NCBI GenBank assembly: GCA_964507015.1
Contig: CAZDOM010000001.1
Span: forward strand, 9,227 to 73,226
Direction of reading: 5' to 3'
Length of the DNA: 64,000 bases
Source of the DNA: an uncultured Rikenellaceae bacterium
Lineage (GTDB): Bacteria; Bacteroidota; Bacteroidia; Bacteroidales; VadinHA17
Shown: piece by piece, positions 18,934 through 28,391 of the stretch
Layout of the letters: each line of letters opens with the position of its first letter
Position numbering within the stretch: the stretch's first letter is position 1
Position numbers and translations under genes: made by a program
Notes under the pieces: model-generated
The model's input: only the letters and a program-made list of their open reading frames with translations
The model's database searches: none
Told to the model about the DNA's origin: nothing

Positions 18934-20142
18934 ATGCAGAAGGGCTGGCTCACAAAAACATTTAAAGGAGACAGGGTCATATGGGGCCTTGTAGCCCTCT
19001 TCATGGTTTATTCTCTGCTGTCGGTTTACAGCTCTTCAGTAGGAATAGCCTTTAAGAACTATGGGGGTGACACAACCTATTTCCTCAGAAGCCAGTTTAT
19101 TATGCTGCTGCTTGGCCTGCTCATAATAGTGGTAGTCCATTACCTGCCTTACAGGATCTACTCTGCAATGGCAGGTTTAATTCTAATCGTTGCTGCCGGA
19201 TTACTGGTCCTGACACTTATTTTCGGGGCCAGGATTAATGAAGCCACACGCTGGCTGGTAATTCCCGGTACAGGGTTCAGGCTCCAGACTTCCGATATAG
19301 CAAAAATAGCCCTGGTGCTGTATCTCGCACGAACACTGTCAAAATATAAGGACGAACTGAAAGATTTTATACTGGTAACAAAGTACTTCATGCTGCCTGT
19401 TGCTGTTGTTTGTGTTCTCATTATGCCTGAAAATCTTTCCACGGCAATGATGATCTTCGCTATAAGTATAATTATAATGTATATAGGCCGGGTTCCTTTT
19501 AAATTCCTCCTGGCTTATATCGGGATGGCTGTTGTGGGTGTGGTTCTTTTTGCACTGGTACTTACAGTTGTTACCAAAGATAACAGGGTTGAGGTATGGA
19601 AAAACAGGATTGAAAACTTCTTTTCATCTGAAACCAATGCTGACACCGATTATCAGGCAAACCAGGCAAAGATTGCTATTTCAACAGGTGGCCTTTTTGG
19701 CAAAGCACCCGGAAGAAGCACCCAGCGTAATATGCTGCCGCAATCAAACTCCGATTTCATCTTTGCAATAATAATAGAAGAATATGGACTAATCCTTGGT
19801 GCAATACCACTGATACTTGCATATATGATATTGCTGTTCAGGGCAATAGTAATTGCAAAAAAATGTGAAACAGCTTTTCCTGCATTCATGGTGCTTGGAC
19901 TTACTGTAATGATAGTAGTACAGGCAATGTTAAACATGCTGGTGGCTGTCGGACTATTCCCCGTTACCGGACAGACGCTCCCTATGGTCAGCTGGGGAAG
20001 AACTTCAGTACTGGTGATGAGCTTCTCAATAGGGGCAATATTAAGTGTCAGCAGGGTAGTGAATGCAAGGATCGAACAGGAGGAACTTCCTGAAGAGGAG
20101 ATAACAGACGAAGGCGAAAGAATTTATGAACCGGCAAAATAA
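18934..20142 (+). CDS. ftsW: SEDS-family peptidoglycan glycosyltransferase FtsW
   Basis: 402-aa polytopic protein. LQTSDIAKIAL, SNSDFIFAIIIEEYG and GLFPVTGQTLPMVSWG motifs. Confidence 0.9.
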   Translation: MQKGWLTKTFKGDRVIWGLVALFMVYSLLSVYSSSVGIAFKNYGGDTTYFLRSQFIMLLLGLLIIVVVHYLPYRIYSAMAGLILIVAAGLLVLTLIFGARINEATRWLVIPGTGFRLQTSDIAKIALVLYLARTLSKYKDELKDFILVTKYFMLPVAVVCVLIMPENLSTAMMIFAISIIIMYIGRVPFKFLLAYIGMAVVGVVLFALVLTVVTKDNRVEVWKNRIENFFSSETNADTDYQANQAKIAISTGGLFGKAPGRSTQRNMLPQSNSDFIFAIIIEEYGLILGAIPLILAYMILLFRAIVIAKKCETAFPAFMVLGLTVMIVVQAMLNMLVAVGLFPVTGQTLPMVSWGRTSVLVMSFSIGAILSVSRVVNARIEQEELPEEEITDEGERIYEPAK

Positions 20143-21238
20143 CATAAGGATCATTATAAGCGGCGGAGGTACAGGTGGTCATATATTTCCTGCAATTTCC
20201 ATAGCCAATGCCCTGAAAAGAATCGATCAGGGATTAGAGATCCTTTTTGTGGGTGCCGAAGGAAGAATGGAAATGGATAAAGTGCCGGCTGCGGGATATG
20301 AAATTAAGGGTTTACCGGTTGCAGGATTCTACAGGAGCCTGACGCCAAAAAATATTATTGTGCTTTATAAATTTTTCAGAAGCATGTCTCTGGCAAAAAA
20401 AATAATCACGGAATTCAAACCAGATGTTGTTGTCGGTGTGGGAGGTTATGCAAGTGGTCCGGTACTCAGACAGGCAGGTAAAATGGGAATACCTACCCTT
20501 TTACAGGAACAAAACAGCTATGCGGGTATAACAAACCGGATGCTGGCAAAAAGAGCTTCTGTAATATGTGTCGCCTATGAAGGCATGGAAAAATATTTCC
20601 CTGCTGAAAAGATCAAAAAAACAGGAAACCCGGTGAGGGTCTCGTCTGACATTTCTGAAAAACTTCGTAATGAGGCGTTGGAATTTTTTAATCTCGAAAA
20701 GGATATTCCAGTAATACTTGTGTTAGGAGGATCACTCGGAGCCGGTACTATTAATACAAGCCTCGCAGATAATGTTGAAAGGCTTAAAGATGAAAATCTT
20801 CAATGGATATGGCAGACAGGAAAACTCTACTATGAAAATGTAAATGCCCTCGTAAATCTGTCGGGCAGCAATAATATAAAAGTATACGATTTTATTAACA
20901 GGATGGATTTTGCTTTTGCAGCTGCGGATATAATTATCTCAAGAGCCGGGGCAGGTACTATTTCAGAACTTTGTCTGGTTGGGAAACCTGTGATCCTGGT
21001 CCCTTCACCAAACGTGGCGGAAGATCACCAGACAAAGAACGCCGGGGCACTATCAGAAAGAAATGCAGCTGTAGTAGTACGTGATAATGAGGCAGTCAAT
21101 TCTCTTGTGGGTGAGGCGGTCAGACTGGTTGCAGATGAAAAACGAAGATCAGAACTGGCAGAGAATATTAAAGAGATGGCTGACAGAGATTCTGATGTCA
21201 GGATTGCTGAGGAAATATTTAAGCTGGCAGGTAAATGA
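20126..21238 (+). CDS. murG: undecaprenyldiphospho-muramoylpentapeptide beta-N-acetylglucosaminyltransferase
   Basis: 370 aa. ISGGGTGGHIFPA N-terminus and RAGAGTISE motif. Overlaps the ftsW end by 17 nt. Confidence 0.93.
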   Translation: MNRQNNIRIIISGGGTGGHIFPAISIANALKRIDQGLEILFVGAEGRMEMDKVPAAGYEIKGLPVAGFYRSLTPKNIIVLYKFFRSMSLAKKIITEFKPDVVVGVGGYASGPVLRQAGKMGIPTLLQEQNSYAGITNRMLAKRASVICVAYEGMEKYFPAEKIKKTGNPVRVSSDISEKLRNEALEFFNLEKDIPVILVLGGSLGAGTINTSLADNVERLKDENLQWIWQTGKLYYENVNALVNLSGSNNIKVYDFINRMDFAFAAADIIISRAGAGTISELCLVGKPVILVPSPNVAEDHQTKNAGALSERNAAVVVRDNEAVNSLVGEAVRLVADEKRRSELAENIKEMADRDSDVRIAEEIFKLAGK

Positions 21239-22629
21239 TAGATTTCAGTAATATAGAAGGATTCTATTTTGTAGGAATTGGAGGTATCGGAATGAGTGCC
21301 CTGGCTTTATATTTTAAAAAGGGTGGTTATTCAATCGCCGGGTATGACAGGTCTTCCGGGAACATAACTGATAAGCTGTCAGCATCAGGTTGCGATATTT
21401 CATTTGAAGATAATGTTTCATCAGTACCCTCTCTGTTCAGGGAAACAGAAAACAAGAACAGGGTAATCGTAGTATATACGCCTGCAATACCGGCGGATAA
21501 TAAAATCCTGAGCCACTTCAGAAACACCGGATACAGGCTTTTTAAAAGATCAGAAATACTCGGTGAGATATCATCAAAGACTGATACAATTGCTGTCGCA
21601 GGTACTCATGGGAAAACAACAGTATCGACAATGATTGCACACCTGCTGAAACAGTCTGCTGTTGACTGCTCTGCCTTTCTCGGGGGAATATCCAAAAATT
21701 ATGATTCAAATCTACTGACCGGCAAAGGAAGATATACCGTTATGGAGGCCGATGAATTTGACAGATCATTCCATCGCCTGAACCCCCTAATGGCAGTTGT
21801 CACTTCTGTGGATGCTGATCACCTTGATATTTATGGTGATCATAAGACAATGGTCACAGCCTATAATGAGTTCTGCGATAAGGTTCACCGGGGCGGGCTC
21901 ATCTTAATTAATCATGCTGTAAGAAATAAGATAATCTGTCCTGAAGGAGTAAAATGCTATACTTATGGGAATGTTCCGGATGCTGATTTCAGTTACTTCG
22001 ATACTGAGCATAAGGGTGATCATTACCAGTTCAGCATCAAAACGCCCGATAAAACAATAAAGGATATTCTATTTCCTTTCCCCGGGATCATTAATATTGA
22101 AAATATGACAGCGGCTGTGACAATTGCACTTTTTTGCGGTGTTACTGAAGAAGAAATACGGAAAGGGATAACCCTCTTCAGAGGTGTACGGCGCAGATTC
22201 GATATTAGAGTTGATCTTCCGGGACTGGCTTATATTGATGATTATGCGCATCATCCCGAAGAGATAAGAGCATGCATAATGTCGTTGCGGGAATATTTCA
22301 GGGGAAGAAAGATAACTGGGATATTTCAGCCTCATCTTTTTACACGAACACGAGATAATGCCGATGGTTTTGCTGCTGTCCTTGATGATCTTGATGAGGT
22401 TATATTGCTGCCAATTTATCCGGCACGCGAAAAACCCTTACCGGGAATTACATCCGAATTGATTTTTAATAAAATGAAGCTTGCCAGAAAAAGGCTGCTT
22501 ACAATGGATGAAATACCTGAAAAGCTCAATGTAGTTGAGCTTGATGTACTTGCAACAATCGGAGCGGGAGATATTGACAGGCTTGCAGACCCTATTGAGG
22601 AAAAACTTAAAAGGGAGGTGGTTAGATGA
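21235..22629 (+). CDS. murC: UDP-N-acetylmuramate--L-alanine ligase
   Basis: 464 aa. FVGIGGIGMSALA, VAGTHGKTT and DDYAHHPEEI motifs. 4-nt overlap with murG. Confidence 0.93.
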   Translation: MIDFSNIEGFYFVGIGGIGMSALALYFKKGGYSIAGYDRSSGNITDKLSASGCDISFEDNVSSVPSLFRETENKNRVIVVYTPAIPADNKILSHFRNTGYRLFKRSEILGEISSKTDTIAVAGTHGKTTVSTMIAHLLKQSAVDCSAFLGGISKNYDSNLLTGKGRYTVMEADEFDRSFHRLNPLMAVVTSVDADHLDIYGDHKTMVTAYNEFCDKVHRGGLILINHAVRNKIICPEGVKCYTYGNVPDADFSYFDTEHKGDHYQFSIKTPDKTIKDILFPFPGIINIENMTAAVTIALFCGVTEEEIRKGITLFRGVRRRFDIRVDLPGLAYIDDYAHHPEEIRACIMSLREYFRGRKITGIFQPHLFTRTRDNADGFAAVLDDLDEVILLPIYPAREKPLPGITSELIFNKMKLARKRLLTMDEIPEKLNVVELDVLATIGAGDIDRLADPIEEKLKREVVR

Positions 22630-23405
22630 TCAGAAAAATTGCTAGGATATTGTTGTTTATACCGGTATTGTACCTTATAATAATACCCTTCTTCTTTGCT
22701 GCGTCGGCAAACTCGGGACCATGTACACGGATACTGATAAACATTACGGATTCAACAGATTATCATTTTGTTACAAACAGATACCTGATGAACCTTGTCT
22801 ATGGTACTAGCACCAGGTTACTTGGACAACCTTTAAAAGAGGTGCCGGTTACTGATATAGAGAAAAGAATAAAGAGTCTCAGGGAGTTGAAGGAGGCAGA
22901 AGTATATACTGCTATTGACGGCACATTACATGTATATGTAAACCAGAGAAACCCCATAATGAGAGTGATCCCGGATGAGGGAGGCGATTATTTTGTTGAT
23001 GAGGACGGGTATATGTTCAGAAAAAGGAACCTTTATAACCCTCGCCTGCACATAGTTGAAGGGGACATTGATATTACTCCATCAATGCTTGACAGAGTGA
23101 GTATACTCGATACAATCATTAAAAATACAGTTCTGAAAGATGTATACCATTTTGTCGATTATATTAAAGATAATAGTTTCTGGTCGGCCCAGATTGACCA
23201 GATTTATGTGGGAAGGGGAAACGAGATTGATATAATACCGCGTGTCGGAAACCATACGATACACCTTGGAACATTTGAAAACTATAAGGAAAAACTCAGA
23301 AATCTTGAGGCTTTTTACAAAAAGGTACTATCTGAAGTGGGATGGGAGAAATATTCATTAATAAACCTTGAGTTCAGAGACCAGATAGTATGCAGGAAAA
23401 GATAA
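22626..23405 (+). CDS. ftsQ: cell division protein FtsQ
   Basis: 259 aa. N-terminal TM followed by a POTRA-like region, in the canonical slot between murC and ftsA. Sequence conservation is weak, as usual for FtsQ. Confidence 0.75.
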   Translation: MIRKIARILLFIPVLYLIIIPFFFAASANSGPCTRILINITDSTDYHFVTNRYLMNLVYGTSTRLLGQPLKEVPVTDIEKRIKSLRELKEAEVYTAIDGTLHVYVNQRNPIMRVIPDEGGDYFVDEDGYMFRKRNLYNPRLHIVEGDIDITPSMLDRVSILDTIIKNTVLKDVYHFVDYIKDNSFWSAQIDQIYVGRGNEIDIIPRVGNHTIHLGTFENYKEKLRNLEAFYKKVLSEVGWEKYSLINLEFRDQIVCRKR

Positions 23406-23427
23406 TAAGAAACCATATTTGAATCAT

Positions 23428-24780
23428 ATGAACAATAAAGAACAGTATGTAGCAGCTATCGACATTGGAACCACAAAAATAGTGGCTATTGTTGGTAAGA
23501 AAAACGAGAATAACAAGATTGAGATTCTCGGGTTGAGCAAGGCTCTTTCAAAAGGAGTAAAACGAGGTGTTGTAATGAATATCGAGGAGACAGTAAATGC
23601 CATCAGGACTACTGTTGAGGATGTTCAGCAACGTTCGGGCATTCTTTTCTCGGAGGTATTTGCAGGAATAGCAGGCCAGCATATTAAAAGTATGAAGAGC
23701 CGTGGATATATAATGCGTGATTCCTATGAGGATGAGATAAAAAAAGACGAGGTTTTCAGGCTCATAGAGGATATGCATAAGATCCACATTGATATCGGTG
23801 AGGAAATAATTCATGTTATCCCTCAGAATTTCATTGTTGATAATGAGACAGGCGTAAAGAACCCTATAGGAATGTGTGGCAGGAGACTGGAAGCCAATTT
23901 CCACATCGTGATAGGGCAGGTGGCCGCCGCAAAAAATATCGAAAAATGTATCCGCAAGACTAATCTTGCTGTAAAGGATATGATACTTGAACCTCTTGCA
24001 TCGTCGGATGCAGTCCTTACAGATGATGAAAAAGAGGCAGGTGTGGTACTTGTAGATATTGGTGGTGGAACAACAGACCTGGCAGTATATTACGATAATA
24101 TAATTCGTCATACTGCAGTGATCCCTCTCGGAGGAAATGTCGTTACTAATGATATCAAGGAAGGATGTGCTATTCTGCAGCGACATGCTGAACAGCTTAA
24201 ATTACAGTACGGATCTGCTCTGGGTGACATAGCTCCCGAAGATAAGGTAGTATCCATACCGGGGATTAGCGGTAGAGAACCCAAAGAGATATCTTTCAAG
24301 AGCCTGGCATATATAATTCAGTCGAGAATGGAAGAAATTATAGACTTTATCAATTTTGAAATCCAGAATTCAGGTTATGCAGATAAACTGGCTGCCGGAG
24401 TTGTAATCACCGGAGGTGGATCTATGCTTAAACATCTTCCCCAGCTTATGAAATTCAAAACAGCCATGGATGTGAGAATTGGGATACCCAATGAACATCT
24501 TGCCGGATCAAGCAAAACAGAAATAAACCAGCCTATGTATGCTACTAGTGTTGGATTGATAATGCGTGGTTTTGAATACCTGGAGACCTATAAACAGTCA
24601 TTTAATATAGCTCCCAAAAATAATTTTGTAAAGAAAGACATAGAACCTGAGGAAAAATTAGAAGGAGAACAGGGCGATGAGAATATTGAATACACCAAAG
24701 AACAGAAGACTACCCTGACAGATAAGATCAGGTCTATGATGCAAGCTATGTTTGAGGTTGATGATCAGTCAATAAACTGA
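23428..24780 (+). CDS. ftsA: cell division protein FtsA
   Basis: Actin-fold motifs AAIDIGTTKIVAIVG and VLVDIGGGTTDLAVY. The track start at 23419 is TTG. ATG 23428 (MNNKEQY) is the first ATG. Confidence 0.92.
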   Translation: MNNKEQYVAAIDIGTTKIVAIVGKKNENNKIEILGLSKALSKGVKRGVVMNIEETVNAIRTTVEDVQQRSGILFSEVFAGIAGQHIKSMKSRGYIMRDSYEDEIKKDEVFRLIEDMHKIHIDIGEEIIHVIPQNFIVDNETGVKNPIGMCGRRLEANFHIVIGQVAAAKNIEKCIRKTNLAVKDMILEPLASSDAVLTDDEKEAGVVLVDIGGGTTDLAVYYDNIIRHTAVIPLGGNVVTNDIKEGCAILQRHAEQLKLQYGSALGDIAPEDKVVSIPGISGREPKEISFKSLAYIIQSRMEEIIDFINFEIQNSGYADKLAAGVVITGGGSMLKHLPQLMKFKTAMDVRIGIPNEHLAGSSKTEINQPMYATSVGLIMRGFEYLETYKQSFNIAPKNNFVKKDIEPEEKLEGEQGDENIEYTKEQKTTLTDKIRSMMQAMFEVDDQSIN

Positions 24781-24845
24781 TAAGATTTAGATATGGTTGT
24801 GTTATCTTATTATTTACTGTTCGTACACACTTAAAAAATAAAACT

Positions 24846-26327
24846 ATGTCAGACGATATAATGAATTTTGATCTGCCTGTTGAAAGATCATCGATAATAA
24901 AAGTCCTTGGTATTGGCGGTGGAGGTAATAATGCTGTCAATCATATGTTTGAAAAAGGGATCAAGGATGTAAATTTTATTATCTGCAATACAGATCACCA
25001 GGCTCTTGAAAGCAGCCCGGTGCCTGTTAAGATACAGATAGGGGAGTCTCTAACAGAAGGAATGGGAGCAGGGAGCCAGCCTGAAAAAGGCAAAAAGGCA
25101 GCCCAGGAGAATATAGCAGATGTCATGGAAGCTCTGGGTGGAAATACCAGGATGGTTTTCATTACAACCGGGTTAGGCGGAGGTACCGGCACAGGTGCAA
25201 TACCTGTAATCGCAAAGGCCTGTAAAGATGAGCGACTTCTGACCATAGCTGTTGTTACCATTCCATTTAAATCGGAGGGTAAGGTCAGGATCAGGTATGC
25301 AATAGATGGTATTACCGAGTTGAAAGATCATGTAGATTCACTTCTTGTTATCGATAATGAGAAACTGCGTGAAATATATGGCAACCAGGGTGTCTCGACT
25401 GCTTTCTCAAAAGCTGATGATGTTCTTGCTATAGCTGTTAAAGGAATAGCTGAAATAATTACTGTAACCGGTTATATAAATGTTGATTTCTCTGATGTAG
25501 AGACAGTTATGAAGGATTCCGGTGTTGCTCTGATGGGAATGGGTGAAGCTGCAGGCGAAAACAGGGCCATTCGGGCTATTGAAAATGCACTGGCTTCACC
25601 TCTGCTTAACTCAAACGACATAACAGGAGCAAAAAGCATCCTTATTAATATTTCTTCAGGAAAGGGAGAACATGAGCTTACAATGGATGAACTGGGTGAG
25701 ATAACCGATTATATGTATGAAACAGCATCCGAGGATGCTTTGATTATCAGGGGATTGTCGCAGGACGAAAACCTTGGTGAAAATATAAGTGTCATTGTTA
25801 TTGCAACAGGATTTGAGGCAAATAGTATCTTCCAGCCTTACAGGAAAAAACCGCAGCAGGTCGAGTTACTGGCAAATAAAAACATGGAAACGCCGGTAGT
25901 TAATCCTCACAGAGATGATGAATCCTTTACTGTTCATGAGAAAGGTAAAAAATCAATAATAACTGATTTTGAGGAAGAACCACAGGGTGAATTGGATTTC
26001 GGATTTTCCGGAAGCAGTGATAATGAATACCAAAAGAGGAAGAATGAGATGAATGATGATGAAACGGAAAAATCAGGTGCTACATTGCGCAAAATGAAGC
26101 ATATGCAGAATATTATGAAGAACGGGGGCATCTCAAGCAAAACAATGAAGGAAAATATTGAAACTTTCGAAGATGTACCGGCTTATGTCAGGAGAAACCT
26201 GTTGCCACCAGTCGATAAAGACAAACCTGATGAAAGCAAATTGTCGAAGTTTACCCTCACCAATGATGATGAAGATGGCCCGGTGCTGAGAGAAAATAAT
26301 GCCTACCTCAACGATAACGTGGATTGA
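24846..26327 (+). CDS. ftsZ: cell division GTPase FtsZ
   Basis: 493 aa. Tubulin signature GLGGGTGTGAIP and NTDHQAL. Long linker, then a DVPAYVRR C-terminal peptide followed by a roughly 45-aa extension. Confidence 0.95.
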   Translation: MSDDIMNFDLPVERSSIIKVLGIGGGGNNAVNHMFEKGIKDVNFIICNTDHQALESSPVPVKIQIGESLTEGMGAGSQPEKGKKAAQENIADVMEALGGNTRMVFITTGLGGGTGTGAIPVIAKACKDERLLTIAVVTIPFKSEGKVRIRYAIDGITELKDHVDSLLVIDNEKLREIYGNQGVSTAFSKADDVLAIAVKGIAEIITVTGYINVDFSDVETVMKDSGVALMGMGEAAGENRAIRAIENALASPLLNSNDITGAKSILINISSGKGEHELTMDELGEITDYMYETASEDALIIRGLSQDENLGENISVIVIATGFEANSIFQPYRKKPQQVELLANKNMETPVVNPHRDDESFTVHEKGKKSIITDFEEEPQGELDFGFSGSSDNEYQKRKNEMNDDETEKSGATLRKMKHMQNIMKNGGISSKTMKENIETFEDVPAYVRRNLLPPVDKDKPDESKLSKFTLTNDDEDGPVLRENNAYLNDNVD

Positions 26328-26357
26328 AACAATAATAACCTGTAATAATATGTTTAT

Positions 26358-26381
26358 AGGGACGATGCATGCATCGTCCCT
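26358..26381 (+). terminator. perfect 24-nt palindrome, a likely intrinsic terminator for the dcw operon
   Basis: AGGGACGATGCA/TGCATCGTCCCT lies 31 nt after the ftsZ stop and is followed by a T/A-rich stretch (TATATAATTTTCT). Confidence 0.6.
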
Positions 26382-26392
26382 ATATAATTTTC

Positions 26393-26400
26393 TATATTTG
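26393..26400 (+). promoter_or_regulatory. -7 promoter box TATATTTG for the porin-like gene
   Basis: TAnnTTTG match only 5 nt before ATG 26406. It implies a leaderless or near-leaderless mRNA if it is used. Confidence 0.35.
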
Positions 26401-26405
26401 CGCAG

Positions 26406-28325
26406 ATGAAAAAATATGTTTCAATATTGTTATTACTTCTTCTGCCGGTTATATTATTTTCCCAGAACAAACAACCGGCCGGTAAACGAATATTGAAACA
26501 ATGGACACTTTCTGACGACTATGCCCAGGAGGTACAGGTACCTATTGATACAGTATTCTCATTATTTCACCGACACCGGATCGCTGACAGTTACTCCCCG
26601 TTAAATGCAACACTTGGAAATTATGGACTGCCTTTCTACCAGTTAAACTTTTTCGACCGGATTTTTGACCCTGATAAATTTTTGTATTCCTACTACTATC
26701 CATTCATCTTCCAGCCTGGTAATACTGTTTTCATGAATACCCAGGTGCCATTTACTGAAATGGTCTGGACTTACGGGGCTCCCAGGGAGACTTCAGAGCA
26801 GACATTCAGGATACGTCACTCACAGAATGTTAACAGGTTTTTCAATTTTGGCCTTATTTATGATATTATTTACAGTCTTGGTCAATATAATTACCAGAGA
26901 GCTGAGGATAAGACATTTACCTTATACTCTTCATATACAGGACCAAGATATAAAGCCTACTTTTCAGCAGGTATTAATAATATTTTATCATATGAGAATG
27001 GAGGTATTCCCGGGATCGACCAGTTATCAGAGTACGAGACACGTGAGGTACCTGTAAACCTCGGAAGCCTTAATTCAGCCACAAATATGCTTAAGAACAG
27101 GAATATGTTACTTGTTCAGCGTTATACAATAGGGAAACAGGAGCAAAAGACAGATACGCTTAAGAATGGAAGGAAGAATTTTGCCGGACTTAGCGGGACA
27201 TTTTCCCATATACTGACATGGGAGAATAATAAGCATACATATACTGATAAGTCCCCCGGATCAGGGTTCTATGATACTGTGTTTATAAACACTTCCAGGA
27301 CATTTGATTCGCTTTATTCACGAATCATTAAAAACACCCTGAGGTTTGACTTTTCTACAGATGAAAATCGTAAATTCAGCCTGGGAGGCGGAGTTGGCAT
27401 CAGGAATGAGCTCCACAGGTATAGCCAGATAATCCCAACCCATGATTCTACCAAAGCTGATACATCAGTATGGAATAAAATGAATAATGTACTGGTTGGA
27501 AGACTATATAACAATGTTGGAGAAAAGTTCGGGTGGATGGCAAACGGTGAACTTTACCTTACAGGTTTCAGGGCTGGTGATTTCAATCTGTCAGGTGAGA
27601 TAAAGAAGTCATTCGGATGGGAAAAAGGAACAGCTTCATGGCTGATTACAGGAAGTATAATTAACAGGAAACCATCATTCTGGTATGGACAATGGGGTGG
27701 TAATCATTTTGAGTGGTATAATGATATGAACAAGGAACTCAGGGTAGATGTAGGAACATCTTTTATTTATCCTGCCCGTAAAACTGAATTGAAACTGAAC
27801 TATGCGATTATTGATAATTATACAGGATTCGATGAAAATGCTATGCCTTTTCAACATTCCGGAGGATTATCGGTTGCTGCCATGGTGGTACAAAAGGAAT
27901 TCATAACATGGAAATTTCATTTCAATTTTGATATACTAGTACAGAAAAGCAGTAATATGGAGGTCCTTGATCTTCCATTATTTACAACCCGTTCAGCAGG
28001 ATTCTTCGAACACATGCTCCGTTTTAAGCAAACAAACGGAAAACTGAATACACAGCTTGGCATTGAAGTTTTTTATCATACTTTATACCATTCTTATGCA
28101 TATATGCCTGCTACCGGGAGATTCTATAACCAGTCGCAGGAAATGACAGGAGATTACCCTTTTGTTAACCTGTTTCTCAATCTCAAACTCAAAAGAACGC
28201 GGATTTTCTTAATGTTTGATCATATAAACTCCGGATTATTAAGTTATAATTATTTATTAACACCATCTTATCCATTAAATATCAGAATGTTACGCTATGG
28301 ATTGGCATGGACCTTTTATAATTAA
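26406..28325 (+). CDS. outer-membrane beta-barrel protein (putative porin family)
   Basis: 639 aa. Signal peptide MKKYVSILLLLLLPVILFSQ. Alternating aromatic/polar strand pattern throughout, and an aromatic-rich C-terminus (GLAWTFYN). Confidence 0.5.
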   Translation: MKKYVSILLLLLLPVILFSQNKQPAGKRILKQWTLSDDYAQEVQVPIDTVFSLFHRHRIADSYSPLNATLGNYGLPFYQLNFFDRIFDPDKFLYSYYYPFIFQPGNTVFMNTQVPFTEMVWTYGAPRETSEQTFRIRHSQNVNRFFNFGLIYDIIYSLGQYNYQRAEDKTFTLYSSYTGPRYKAYFSAGINNILSYENGGIPGIDQLSEYETREVPVNLGSLNSATNMLKNRNMLLVQRYTIGKQEQKTDTLKNGRKNFAGLSGTFSHILTWENNKHTYTDKSPGSGFYDTVFINTSRTFDSLYSRIIKNTLRFDFSTDENRKFSLGGGVGIRNELHRYSQIIPTHDSTKADTSVWNKMNNVLVGRLYNNVGEKFGWMANGELYLTGFRAGDFNLSGEIKKSFGWEKGTASWLITGSIINRKPSFWYGQWGGNHFEWYNDMNKELRVDVGTSFIYPARKTELKLNYAIIDNYTGFDENAMPFQHSGGLSVAAMVVQKEFITWKFHFNFDILVQKSSNMEVLDLPLFTTRSAGFFEHMLRFKQTNGKLNTQLGIEVFYHTLYHSYAYMPATGRFYNQSQEMTGDYPFVNLFLNLKLKRTRIFLMFDHINSGLLSYNYLLTPSYPLNIRMLRYGLAWTFYN

Positions 28326-28335
28326 AAAATTGTTG

Positions 28336-28343
28336 TATCTTTG
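28336..28343 (+). promoter_or_regulatory. -7 promoter box TATCTTTG for the MltF-like gene
   Basis: TAnnTTTG match that overlaps the ORF-track TTG start at 28341, which argues for a downstream start codon. Confidence 0.4.
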
Positions 28344-28391
28344 CACCCGTTTTTTAACACCGGAAACGGATGTTTAACTAAAACAACAATT

